Of a stretch of DNA of 64,000 nt, positions 48,553 to 57,633 are shown piece after piece. Source of the stretch: Gammaproteobacteria bacterium (GTDB taxonomy: Bacteria > Pseudomonadota > Gammaproteobacteria > JABABF01); assembly GCA_965237805.1 (NCBI GenBank), contig OZ250153.1:1120001-1184000 (forward strand), written 5' to 3'. The notes beneath the pieces were generated by a model. That model ran no database searches and was not told the DNA's origin. It worked only from the letters and a program-made list of their open reading frames with translations. Positions within the stretch are counted from its first letter, which is position 1. Each line of letters starts with the position of its first letter. The position numbers and the translations under genes were made by a program.

Positions 48553-49974
48553 ATGTCTTGGTTCCGCTTGATGCCCCCAATGCCAGCGCTGGCATCAGAT
48601 TTAACTTTTTCGCTGTATGCGGTGTCCCGTCGCGCCGTGTTTTTGTGCGCCGTCGCGCTGTGGCTCGGTGCGGCCTGTGCGACGGCGCGGGCGAGCGAAT
48701 CGCTGGCAGAGATTTACAACTTGGCGGTGGAGCAGGATCCGATATTGCGCGCTAGCGTAGCCGATACCCGCGCACAACAAGCGGCCATCGGCGAATCGCG
48801 TGCCCGCCTGTTGCCGCAGCTGGCGTTGCAGTTCACTTATAGCGACATAGACCAAGGCGGGACGTTCAACGGCGTGCCGGTTGCTCATTTCAACGATCTC
48901 GAAAACTGGGACTATCGAGCGGTGCTACAGCAGTCGCTGTTGTCGCTGCCCAACTGGTACGAGTGGGCGGCGAGTCGCGCCACCGGGCGGCGTGCGGAGA
49001 TGAGCTTGCGTGCGGCGCGGGAAAGCCTGATCCAGCGCGTTGCCGATGCCTATTTCGGGGTTTTGCGCGCCAGCGATAATTTGGCCTCAGCTCGGGTCGA
49101 GGCCAAGACTCTGCGCGAGCAGTCCGCCAAGATCAACCGCCGCTTCGCTGCTGGCTTGGTGTTGGCGACTGAGGTATTGGAGGCGCGCGCCGCAGCCGAT
49201 TTAGCCGATGTCAACCACTTGGTGAACGAAGACAACTTGGCGACTGCGCGGGAGTCGCTACACGTGATCACCGGGCGCGAGCACACACAGCTGTGGCCTC
49301 TGCGGGAAGACTTCCCCGCTTTGGGACCGCAGCCGGACACGCTGACCCCTTGGCTCGAATGGGCGCTACGGGACAATGCAGATTTGCTCGCCGCCAAGCA
49401 TGCGCTGAGAGCCGCCCGCCGCCAGCTGGGCGCTGCTCGTAGTCGATTGGTTCCCACGCTGGTGGGCTCTGTGCAATACGGTTTCAACGAACGCAATGGC
49501 CTCGCCCAGACGCTGGCCATCGACCAGCGCTACGACGGTTACACAGTGGCTGTGGAGGCGACTGTTCCGCTCTACCGAGGGGGAGAATATTGGGCTCGGA
49601 AAAGGCGTGTGCGCGAACAGTCATTGCAGGCCCGTGCCAACTTGGACAGCCAGCGGCGGGAGGTCGCCCGCCAGCTCCGGGCACAGTTTGCCTCGGCGGG
49701 CATCTTGGAGCGTCAAGTGAAGGCGCGGCAGCGTTCCTTGGTGTCGGCGCGACAAGCCTTGAAGTCAGTGCGGCACGGCTATGAGACCGGTACCCGCGAC
49801 CTGATCGATGTGCTGGATCGAGAGACTACGCTCCATGCAGCTCAGCGCAACTATTCCGATGCGCGCTACGATTTGATCCTGAGCCTGTTGCAGCTCAAAG
49901 CCTTGGCTGGGCAGCTCCAAGACAAGGATTTAGTGCAGCTGAACGACTGGTTGATGCCACCCAACAAGCGCTAG
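48553..49974 (+). CDS. tolC: TolC family outer membrane protein (start may be further downstream)
   Basis: signal peptide, LLPQL, AYFGVL, PLYRGG, GTRDLIDVLD, ARYD. Confidence 0.9.
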   Translation: MSWFRLMPPMPALASDLTFSLYAVSRRAVFLCAVALWLGAACATARASESLAEIYNLAVEQDPILRASVADTRAQQAAIGESRARLLPQLALQFTYSDIDQGGTFNGVPVAHFNDLENWDYRAVLQQSLLSLPNWYEWAASRATGRRAEMSLRAARESLIQRVADAYFGVLRASDNLASARVEAKTLREQSAKINRRFAAGLVLATEVLEARAAADLADVNHLVNEDNLATARESLHVITGREHTQLWPLREDFPALGPQPDTLTPWLEWALRDNADLLAAKHALRAARRQLGAARSRLVPTLVGSVQYGFNERNGLAQTLAIDQRYDGYTVAVEATVPLYRGGEYWARKRRVREQSLQARANLDSQRREVARQLRAQFASAGILERQVKARQRSLVSARQALKSVRHGYETGTRDLIDVLDRETTLHAAQRNYSDARYDLILSLLQLKALAGQLQDKDLVQLNDWLMPPNKR

Positions 49975-49984
49975 CGCCCGCGCC

Positions 49985-51244
49985 TCAGAGGGTCTCCAGC
50001 AGCTGCTCCAGCTGTGCGGCCACCGCATCGCGTTGCTCGCACACCATTTTCCGTGCCGCCGTGCCCGCCTGTTGCCGCCGCTGTGGGTCGCTCAGAAAGT
50101 TGCGCACCAAGCGGGCTAAGGCGGCGCCGTCGCTGGCCAGCGTCAATGCGCCGACACCGCGCAGCTGCTCGGCGATGTCATGGCAATTGAACAGCTGCTC
50201 GCCGCTCAGCACAGGGACGCCCCAGACGGCGGCCTCCAGCATGTTGTGGCCGCCGACTGGCACCAAGCTGCCGCCGATGAAGGCGAGGTCAGCCGCCCCG
50301 AACATGGTGGACAATTCGCCGATGGTGTCGACCAGCAACACTTGGCTGTCCGCACTCGGGGGCCCTTCGCTGTGGCGTTGCCAGCGCAGGCCGCGTTGAT
50401 GGCACAGCGCAGCGACATCGGCGCAGCGTTCCGGATGGCGCGGTGCAAGCACCAACAGTGTGTCTGCCAAGTCGCCTTCCAAGCCGAGCTGGCTGTCCAG
50501 TACCGCACTGTCCTCGCCGTTGTGGGTGCTGGCCGCAATCCAGACCAAACGTCGACCCTGTGTCCAAGCGGTACGCCATTCCCGTGCCCTGCGCTGCGCC
50601 GCCGCGTCCGGCTCCAACGCGGCTTTCAGGTTGCCACCGAGCTGCAGGCGCTCTGCTGGCAGCCCCAGTGCCACAAAGCGCTCGCCGTCTGCTTGGCTCT
50701 GAGCGCTGACGCCGGACAGTTCGGCGAACATCTCGCGCAGCGCTGGCAAGCGGGAGTAGCGAGTCGCCGAGCGCGGTGACAGACGGGCGTTGGCGAGGAA
50801 TACCTGCAACCCGGCGCGTCGGCAGCAATGCACCAGATTCGGCCACAGTTCGGTCTCCATCAACACCAGCGCAGCCGGACGTGCGCGGCGCAGGAAGGCG
50901 TTTAGGCACAATGGCAGGTCATAGGGCAGCTGCGCCAGCTGGACGCTGTCGCCGAACAGATCTTGTGCCAAGCGATAGCCGGTGGGTGTGATCGTGGTCA
51001 GGATCACAGCTCGCTCTGGGCGGTGCTCGCGCAGTGCCGCGATCAGCGCCCGTGCGGCCTGTACCTCGCCGACGGACACAGCATGCACCCAGAGGCCTCC
51101 CGCCATCGGGCGGTGCGGGAATAGGCCATGCCGCTCTGCCAAGCGTTGTCTGTAGCCAGCATCGCGACGGCTTTTCCACAGTAGCCGTGCGATGAACAGT
51201 GGCCAAGCCAGTGTCAGGCCAGTGGTGTACAGGGAGCGCCACAT
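49985..51244 (-). CDS. waaA: Kdo transferase
   Basis: WVHAVSVGE, ETELWPN, ASTH.GE, PRHPER, GGHN.LE. Confidence 0.95.
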   Translation of the reverse strand: MWRSLYTTGLTLAWPLFIARLLWKSRRDAGYRQRLAERHGLFPHRPMAGGLWVHAVSVGEVQAARALIAALREHRPERAVILTTITPTGYRLAQDLFGDSVQLAQLPYDLPLCLNAFLRRARPAALVLMETELWPNLVHCCRRAGLQVFLANARLSPRSATRYSRLPALREMFAELSGVSAQSQADGERFVALGLPAERLQLGGNLKAALEPDAAAQRRAREWRTAWTQGRRLVWIAASTHNGEDSAVLDSQLGLEGDLADTLLVLAPRHPERCADVAALCHQRGLRWQRHSEGPPSADSQVLLVDTIGELSTMFGAADLAFIGGSLVPVGGHNMLEAAVWGVPVLSGEQLFNCHDIAEQLRGVGALTLASDGAALARLVRNFLSDPQRRQQAGTAARKMVCEQRDAVAAQLEQLLETL

Positions 51245-51327
51245 AGAATACGATTGTCAAAGAGCTATGGCTAAAATTGTAGGGGGTTGGCCGATGGCCG
51301 CCACCGCTTGGGCAGGAGAGCGAGCTG

Positions 51328-51942
51328 ATGCAATTTGATATCGTGCCACAGACGGTCAAGGGTTTTCTCGACCCGGTCGAGGGCGAGGCGCTGTACCGTG
51401 CCGCAAAAACGGCCTGCCGCTTGCGCAAATGCTGCCTCGAGGTGGGCAGTTACTGTGGCAAATCGACTGTTTACTTGGGCACGGCTTGCCGCGAGCGCGG
51501 TGCGGTGCTGTTTGCCGTCGACCACCACCGCGGCTCAGCAGAGCACCAGTTGCACGAGGAGTACCACGATCCGGCGCTGTACGATGCCGGGGCGGGGGTG
51601 ATGGACAGCTGGCCGGAATTTCGTCGCACCCTGTGCGCCGCCGGGCTGGAGGACACGGTGGTGCCAATTGTCGCTGTCTCCGAATTGGCGGCGCGTCACT
51701 GGAACACCGAGCTGGCGATGGTTTTTATCGATGGTGGTCACAGCCTCGAGGCGGCCCTCGCCGACTACCGTGGCTGGGCGCGGCATATCGTGCCCGGCGG
51801 CACGCTGGCCATCCACGATGTTTTTGAGCGCCCCCAAGACGGTGGCCGGGCACCGTTCGAGATTCGGGAGCTGGCGCTGGCCTCGGGTCTGTTCAGGCCC
51901 GTGCGGCAGCTGAAGTCGCTGGCTTTATTGCGCCGTGTCTAG
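51328..51942 (+). CDS. class I SAM methyltransferase (Methyltransf_24), homologue of mycobacterial MeT1
   Basis: EVGSYCGKST, VDHHRGS.EHQ...YHD, FIDGGH, HDVF...DGG.AP. Confidence 0.85.
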   Translation: MQFDIVPQTVKGFLDPVEGEALYRAAKTACRLRKCCLEVGSYCGKSTVYLGTACRERGAVLFAVDHHRGSAEHQLHEEYHDPALYDAGAGVMDSWPEFRRTLCAAGLEDTVVPIVAVSELAARHWNTELAMVFIDGGHSLEAALADYRGWARHIVPGGTLAIHDVFERPQDGGRAPFEIRELALASGLFRPVRQLKSLALLRRV

Positions 51943-53003
51943 GGGAGCTCGACTGCCAGTTGGGTGATCGGTTGTTGCGCTGTTGTCAGTACGGTGGCTG
52001 CCATCGATTCATCGCGCAGCGCCATCCCCGCCAACACCACTGCCGCTGCCGTCCACGTGGTGCGCTCCGCTGGCCACGGGATTTCCATGGCGAATTGGCG
52101 ACCGGTCCAGTACGAGCTATCCGGCAGCTTCCATTGGTGCAGCTTGTGGTACAGGCGGCCCGCACGCTTGGTCCAGCCGACGGTGATCAAGGCCATGACC
52201 AGCTCGCTGGACTCGGCCACCGCCACCCATGGTTGATCGGTGACGCAGCGGCACCCCAGCCCTGCCACGACGAACTCGTCCCAGCGCTGCAGTAGCTGCT
52301 TGCGGCCCGCCGTACGGGACAGTGCACCCGACAGCACGGGATAGAACCAATCCATGGCGAAGCGCCGCCGGTCGGTGCCGTCGCTGTCAAAATCGGTCGG
52401 CGCGTCGCATTGCAAGGCGCTACCTAGGCGACGTTTTGCATCCAGCCAGTCGTCGTGTGTCTCGCCGACGGTGGTCGCCAAGCACAGCGCGCACTCCAAA
52501 CTTTTGTGTACCGAGCTGCACACAGCGCGTAACGCGATAGGTAGCACCTTGCCGCTGGCACCGACACACCACGGCACCGTGCCATCCGTCATTTGCAGCG
52601 CGACCACATGATTGATGGAGGCGCACACCACCGGCCACATTTGGCTCAGGAAGAGCTCATCGCTGGTGGCGAGATAGTGTTGCCACACGCCGGTGGCCAC
52701 ATAGGCGGAGAAATGGCTTTCACTCCACGCGCCGTGCGCCTTGGTGTTGGCGGGATAGGAACTCCACCAAGCGCCGTTTGGCAACTGTTCAGCGCGTAGC
52801 CAGTCATAGGCTCGCCCGGCCGCTCGCTCGTGGCCGCACAGGCTGAGCGCCATCGCTGCTTCGGTGTGGTTCCACGGATCGGTGTAGTGGCCCGGGAACC
52901 ATGGAATGGCACCGTCGGCGCGTTGGCACGAAGCGATGTAGCTCGCCGTCTTGCGCAAGCTGTCCAGCGGTGGCTGGGGGACCGGGCGGGACGCTGGCGG
53001 CAC
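51939..53003 (-). CDS. alpha/alpha-barrel protein (often annotated prenyltransferase), homologue of mycobacterial MmpH mannosidase
   Basis: GAIPW, DPWNH.E.AMAL, YVATGVW, MDWFYPVL.G, GLG.RCV.DQPW, SYWTG, WP.ERTTWT.AA. Confidence 0.8.
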   Translation of the reverse strand: MPPASRPVPQPPLDSLRKTASYIASCQRADGAIPWFPGHYTDPWNHTEAAMALSLCGHERAAGRAYDWLRAEQLPNGAWWSSYPANTKAHGAWSESHFSAYVATGVWQHYLATSDELFLSQMWPVVCASINHVVALQMTDGTVPWCVGASGKVLPIALRAVCSSVHKSLECALCLATTVGETHDDWLDAKRRLGSALQCDAPTDFDSDGTDRRRFAMDWFYPVLSGALSRTAGRKQLLQRWDEFVVAGLGCRCVTDQPWVAVAESSELVMALITVGWTKRAGRLYHKLHQWKLPDSSYWTGRQFAMEIPWPAERTTWTAAAVVLAGMALRDESMAATVLTTAQQPITQLAVELP

Positions 53004-53006
53004 GGT

Positions 53007-53732
53007 TTAGCGATCTGTTTGGCGGAGGAAGTACAGCACGACACTTTTGCCGCACAGCGGGTTGAGCAAGCGTTCGGCGAGTCGCGTGATGCGCGGGCGG
53101 CTCAATAGATCCCACTCTAGAAAACGGCGATACAGCGCCACCGCTCGCGATTGCTCGCGCTTTTGCCACAACAGGCATTGCAACCACCAGTACGGGCTGT
53201 GCAACGCGTGTGCCCAGTGTTGGCGATAGCACTGGAAGCCGATTCGCTCGAGTTCGCCGCGCAGCTCGCGGGCGTTGAAAATGCGCACATGGCCGCCGGG
53301 CTCGTTGCGGTAGTCTTCGCTCAGCTGCCAGCAGAGCCACTCTGGCCAAGCACGCGGCACGCTGACGCACAACAGGCCGCCGGGTTGCAACACGCGATGG
53401 AGCTCGCGTAGCGCTTGCGGGTAGTCGTGCAGGTGCTCCAGCACCTCCGCGCAGATCACATGGCTACAGATGCCGTCTGGCAGCGGTAGGCGCAGAGCAT
53501 CGCCGCGGCAGCTCAGCACGGTGCTACGTGCCGCAGCGGGGTGGGGGCCCGACACTTCCCGCCAGCGCTTTGCTGTCGTCTGGGCATTGTCGTGGCTGAA
53601 ATCCAAGGCAATGGTGCGCAGACCAGGCCTGAGCGCGGCGGCGGCAATGGCGTGGCGACCTTCGCCGCATCCGACATCTAGTAGCAGCTGGCCAGCACCC
53701 GGTGAGAAATGGGCGAAATCCACGGTTTCCAT
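53007..53732 (-). CDS. class I SAM methyltransferase (Methyltransf_11), homologue of mycobacterial MeT3
   Basis: TVDF, LDVGCGEGRH, EVLEH, PE..CW.LS..Y...PGGHVRI, HALHSPYWWL.C, GKSVVLY. Confidence 0.82.
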   Translation of the reverse strand: METVDFAHFSPGAGQLLLDVGCGEGRHAIAAAALRPGLRTIALDFSHDNAQTTAKRWREVSGPHPAAARSTVLSCRGDALRLPLPDGICSHVICAEVLEHLHDYPQALRELHRVLQPGGLLCVSVPRAWPEWLCWQLSEDYRNEPGGHVRIFNARELRGELERIGFQCYRQHWAHALHSPYWWLQCLLWQKREQSRAVALYRRFLEWDLLSRPRITRLAERLLNPLCGKSVVLYFLRQTDR

Positions 53733-53753
53733 CACGGTATTCGGCGCGGGGTG

Positions 53754-55667
53754 TTAATGGGAGTCGGCGGGAACAGACGCGGTGTTAATCGCCGTGTCGA
53801 TATCGCCGTCGCGCTCTTTTTTTTGCCCGGCCTTGACCAGAGATTGGAAGGCGGTGGATTGCGCCATCAATTCATCGTAGCTACCTTGAGCTTGTAGCCG
53901 GCCGTCTTCGATGAAATACAGAATATCGCTGTCTATGATTGTGCTGAGCCGGTGTGCGACCATGAGCAGGGTTTTGCCTTTGAACACCCGCTTGATGCAC
54001 GCCATGATGTCGACTTCAGTTTCATAATCCAGCGAGCTGGTAGCTTCGTCAAAAATGAGGATTTCTGGAGCTGCATACAGCGCCCGTGCGATCACCAAGC
54101 GCTGTTGCTGGCCGCCGCTGAGTTGGATGCCATCTTCGCCAACCAATGTGTCTATGTGGTCAGGCAGGGTCTCGATGAAATCTTTTAACTGCACCATTTC
54201 CAAGCAGTGCCAGATGCGCTGGTTAGCCTCATCTCCCCGTTCCCGACCCAACAAAATATTATCGGCTATGCTACCGTCAGTGAAACGGGAGCTTTGTGAT
54301 ACATAGCCGATGATGTTGTACCACTGGAGCACATTGTCTTGTGTCAGTTCTTGGCCATCCACGCTGAGCTGTCCGGATGAGGGGCGAATGAAGCCCAGCG
54401 CCAATTTCAATAAGGTGCTTTTCCCTCCACCCGAAGGACCACAGAAACCGATGTGTTGGCCCCGCACAAAAGATACAGACAGTTGGGATAGGGCGGGCTC
54501 GCCCACTCCCGGATAACAATAGCTCACATCGGAAAAGTCGATAGAGGATGCAAATGGAAATCGCCGGCCTTCGTGTGGATACGCGGTGTGTTGTAGGCTG
54601 GTGACCAGATCGTTGTTGATGACATCAAAATTGGCCAAGCCTTCAATGATAAATAGGTAGGAATCAAAAAATGTGACGACGTATGGTTTCAAGCGATAGA
54701 GAACCAACGCGAATACCGCCATGGGAACCAGTAGATCTTGGCTTGGCCAGAAATAAGCGAAGCTTGTCATCACCGCGATCAGTGTGCCATAAATTGATAA
54801 TTCCAAGGCGGTAGGGAACAGCTCTCCGATGATCAAGAGTTTAATCCTTCCTTGTTCGGTTGTGGAATTGAGTTCATCCACCTGCCCACTGATTGCACGT
54901 TTCCTCCCGACCAAGGTAAAGTCTTCGTGCAAGCGCATCGATTCTATCAATGCCGTGTTAATTGCGCCTTCTTTTCGCACGAGCTCTTGATTGATCTGCG
55001 AGGTAACGCGTCGCGAGTACTTGATGACTAAAAACAACAATGTGAAAATGAGGATCGAGCTGGTGATGGCGAATATGGGGTTGATCCACAGCAAGCCGCC
55101 GATGCTTAGCGCGAACAAAATGCAACTGGTGTTCAGCCTGATAATAGTCTGCATGATGCCCTGGATCGCGCTACCGAGCCGGGCCCTGATGTTATGAACC
55201 AGCGTGGCGCTGTTCTTAGTGGCATGAAACTCATAGCTTTCATCTAAATAATAGTCAAACATTTTTCTAAAAAAACTCAGCCGAACCGTCATGTTCAATT
55301 TGGCGATTGCAATGGAGACCAAAAGTGTGCAGATAGCGCTGGATACTAATAGCAGTAATGAGCCGATGCCTAAGAATAGTAGGATTTCGTGGTATTGCTC
55401 CACACCAACAAAATCAAATAATGTGCCGAGTATTTTATTCTTGCCGACATCTCGGTTGATTACCGCCATCATGAATGGCACGACAGAGAGTGTCGACAGT
55501 ATGCCGAAAGCAGCCGCGACTATCATCAACAGCTGCAACGCTAGGATGCTGTGCTTGATCGGGCGGTCCAGCAAATAATAGATGGAGCGCAACCGCTGTA
55601 TGGTATGAAATAGTTGCGGGGCACCACGGCGCAGCAATTTTGAGGCCAGACGCAATAAAGCGGTCAT
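53754..55667 (-). CDS. ABC exporter, fused permease and ATPase (MsbA/PglK-like)
   Basis: TM domain, GPSGGGKST, LSGGQQQR, IFDEATS, AHRLST; low GC; ATG overlaps GT stop. Confidence 0.92.
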   Translation of the reverse strand: MTALLRLASKLLRRGAPQLFHTIQRLRSIYYLLDRPIKHSILALQLLMIVAAAFGILSTLSVVPFMMAVINRDVGKNKILGTLFDFVGVEQYHEILLFLGIGSLLLLVSSAICTLLVSIAIAKLNMTVRLSFFRKMFDYYLDESYEFHATKNSATLVHNIRARLGSAIQGIMQTIIRLNTSCILFALSIGGLLWINPIFAITSSILIFTLLFLVIKYSRRVTSQINQELVRKEGAINTALIESMRLHEDFTLVGRKRAISGQVDELNSTTEQGRIKLLIIGELFPTALELSIYGTLIAVMTSFAYFWPSQDLLVPMAVFALVLYRLKPYVVTFFDSYLFIIEGLANFDVINNDLVTSLQHTAYPHEGRRFPFASSIDFSDVSYCYPGVGEPALSQLSVSFVRGQHIGFCGPSGGGKSTLLKLALGFIRPSSGQLSVDGQELTQDNVLQWYNIIGYVSQSSRFTDGSIADNILLGRERGDEANQRIWHCLEMVQLKDFIETLPDHIDTLVGEDGIQLSGGQQQRLVIARALYAAPEILIFDEATSSLDYETEVDIMACIKRVFKGKTLLMVAHRLSTIIDSDILYFIEDGRLQAQGSYDELMAQSTAFQSLVKAGQKKERDGDIDTAINTASVPADSH

Positions 55668-57022
55668 TCGATTGCCGGCTCTGCCGAGCTGATCGCACCA
55701 CTGGAATCCGTTTTGGGGGATGTGCCGTCGCTCTTGACAGCGCGGGTGGACAGCATATTGCGGTAGCAGCATTCCAGTGCGCGCACGGTTTGCGCCCATG
55801 TGAAGTGACGTTGTATGCGTTCGTGGCCAATTTTCCCCATATGGTGCCGCCGGGCGGGTGCTGCCAGTAATTCGGTGATAGCTCGAGCCAGCGCAGCACT
55901 GTCTGCGGGTGGGACTAACAGCGCTGTGTTGCCAGTCACTTCGGGTAAGGCACCGATGTTCGAGCAGACCACCGGCGTGGCGCAGGCCATGGCCTCGCCC
56001 GCCGGGAAGCCAAAACCTTCGTACAACGATGGCACGATGGCCATCGTGGCGCTGGCATAGTGGCGCGCCACTTGCTTTGCCGTCTGTTGACTGAATAGCT
56101 TGACATGGTTTTCCAAGCGCAATTCGCGCAACAATCGCGCTGCTGGGCCATCGCCGCGGAAACGACCGATAACCCGTAATTGCAGTTGTGGGAAAGATGG
56201 CACCAAGAGAGCCAGTGCGCGCAGGAGATAACTCAGGCCTTTGAGCGGTTGATCGGCGGAGGCCACCGTCAACAATCGCATTGGATGGCGCTCGACTTGA
56301 GGCTGTGGGAAGTAGTTCGTCGTATCGATACCGTTACGAGCCAGCGTGATGCGCTCTTCGGGAATATCGAAGTCTCGTGCCACATCGCGCCGTGCGCTGT
56401 GCGACACCGAGACGATGGTGTCGAGTTGTTGCGCCACCTGTTTTTGCATCGTGAGAAAGCTGTACCAGCGCTTGATCAGCAGCCGGTGCTTATAGTCTTG
56501 CGCCTCGCTGAGCGCGATTTCCAAGTCGCGTGTGATCGGATGGTGGATGGTGGCCAGCACCGGGTAGCCGCTACGCTGCAACCGCAACAGCCCCCAGCCC
56601 AAGCTCTGGTTGTCGTGGATGACATCGTAGTGGTGCCCGCAACGCGGCAACCAGTGGGCGACGCGTTGGCAAAAAGTGTAGGGTTCGGCGAAGCCGCCGC
56701 TCAATTTTGAGCACCACTCAACAATGTTGTTCCAGTCCCGCAGATGGTGTGCACGTAGCGAGCCGAGGCCGCGCTCGTACAGATTCATGCCAGGCATTCG
56801 AATCAGGCGCACACCGTCGTCTAGTTCTGGGTAGGGCTCGCCAGCGACGACATCGACTTTGTGCCCTGTCGCCACCAGCGCACGGCTCAGGTGGCGCAAA
56901 TAAATGCCTTGGCCGCCGACTCGCGGCGCGGCGCGGTAGCCGAGTAAGCAGATGCGTAGCGGGCGTATTAGCGGTGACGCAGTTGGCGAGCTGCTCGCCA
57001 GCTGATTAGTAGGGGCTTGCAT
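55664..57022 (-). CDS. GT4 glycosyltransferase, homologue of mycobacterial ManT
   Basis: GGQGIY.RHLSR, G.PYPEL, GGFAEPYTF, HDNQSLG, TIHHPITRD, SADQPLKG, YEGFGFPAGEAM. Confidence 0.85.
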   Translation of the reverse strand: MQAPTNQLASSSPTASPLIRPLRICLLGYRAAPRVGGQGIYLRHLSRALVATGHKVDVVAGEPYPELDDGVRLIRMPGMNLYERGLGSLRAHHLRDWNNIVEWCSKLSGGFAEPYTFCQRVAHWLPRCGHHYDVIHDNQSLGWGLLRLQRSGYPVLATIHHPITRDLEIALSEAQDYKHRLLIKRWYSFLTMQKQVAQQLDTIVSVSHSARRDVARDFDIPEERITLARNGIDTTNYFPQPQVERHPMRLLTVASADQPLKGLSYLLRALALLVPSFPQLQLRVIGRFRGDGPAARLLRELRLENHVKLFSQQTAKQVARHYASATMAIVPSLYEGFGFPAGEAMACATPVVCSNIGALPEVTGNTALLVPPADSAALARAITELLAAPARRHHMGKIGHERIQRHFTWAQTVRALECCYRNMLSTRAVKSDGTSPKTDSSGAISSAEPAIE

Positions 57023-57111
57023 CCCGGATTTTGAGGGCGAACAGCCGCGCTGGATCGGGTGTTCAACCCTGAGCTAATGCACGCCACTATGATTGATTGG
57101 AACCTGATAGT

Positions 57112-57633
57112 TTAAACGTTTGTAGCCTTAGGGGCAAGCCGTAACATACCGATGATGCCGCACAGCGCACAAGCGGCAAAAGCCAGCAGTGACCACGCCG
57201 GAATGCTGAGCCCTCCAAAGCGCCACTGCACTTCGGCGCAACTGCCGTCGCCAGCTAACAACAGCGGCAGTATATCTCGCAAGGGTAGCACTTCGAGCAT
57301 GTAGTTCAAACCCGGGGCACAGGGGGGTACTTCTGTCGGTGGCAGATTTTGCAGCCACAGCTGGCGGGCGGCGCTCGCCGCGCCGATGGTTGCGCTGAGC
57401 GTCAAGCCAGCTGCCCACAAGCGCTCGCCGAGGCTGTCTGGCCGTTGCCAAGCCGCGCCAGCGGCGGCGGCCATGACCAGTAGGAACAGGACGCGCTGCA
57501 CGATGCACAACGGGCAGGGTTCGAGCCCGAGCTGGTGTTCCAAATAGAGGCCAAAGGCCAACAGCAGCACACAGGCCACGGTCACCGCTTGATAGCAGCG
57601 TTGTCGCGTCAGCAGGCTAAGGGTCGGACTCAT
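57112..57633 (-). CDS. dsbB: disulfide bond formation protein B
   Basis: LEPCPLCIVQR, second Cys pair, GLSIPAWS. Confidence 0.93.
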   Translation of the reverse strand: MSPTLSLLTRQRCYQAVTVACVLLLAFGLYLEHQLGLEPCPLCIVQRVLFLLVMAAAAGAAWQRPDSLGERLWAAGLTLSATIGAASAARQLWLQNLPPTEVPPCAPGLNYMLEVLPLRDILPLLLAGDGSCAEVQWRFGGLSIPAWSLLAFAACALCGIIGMLRLAPKATNV

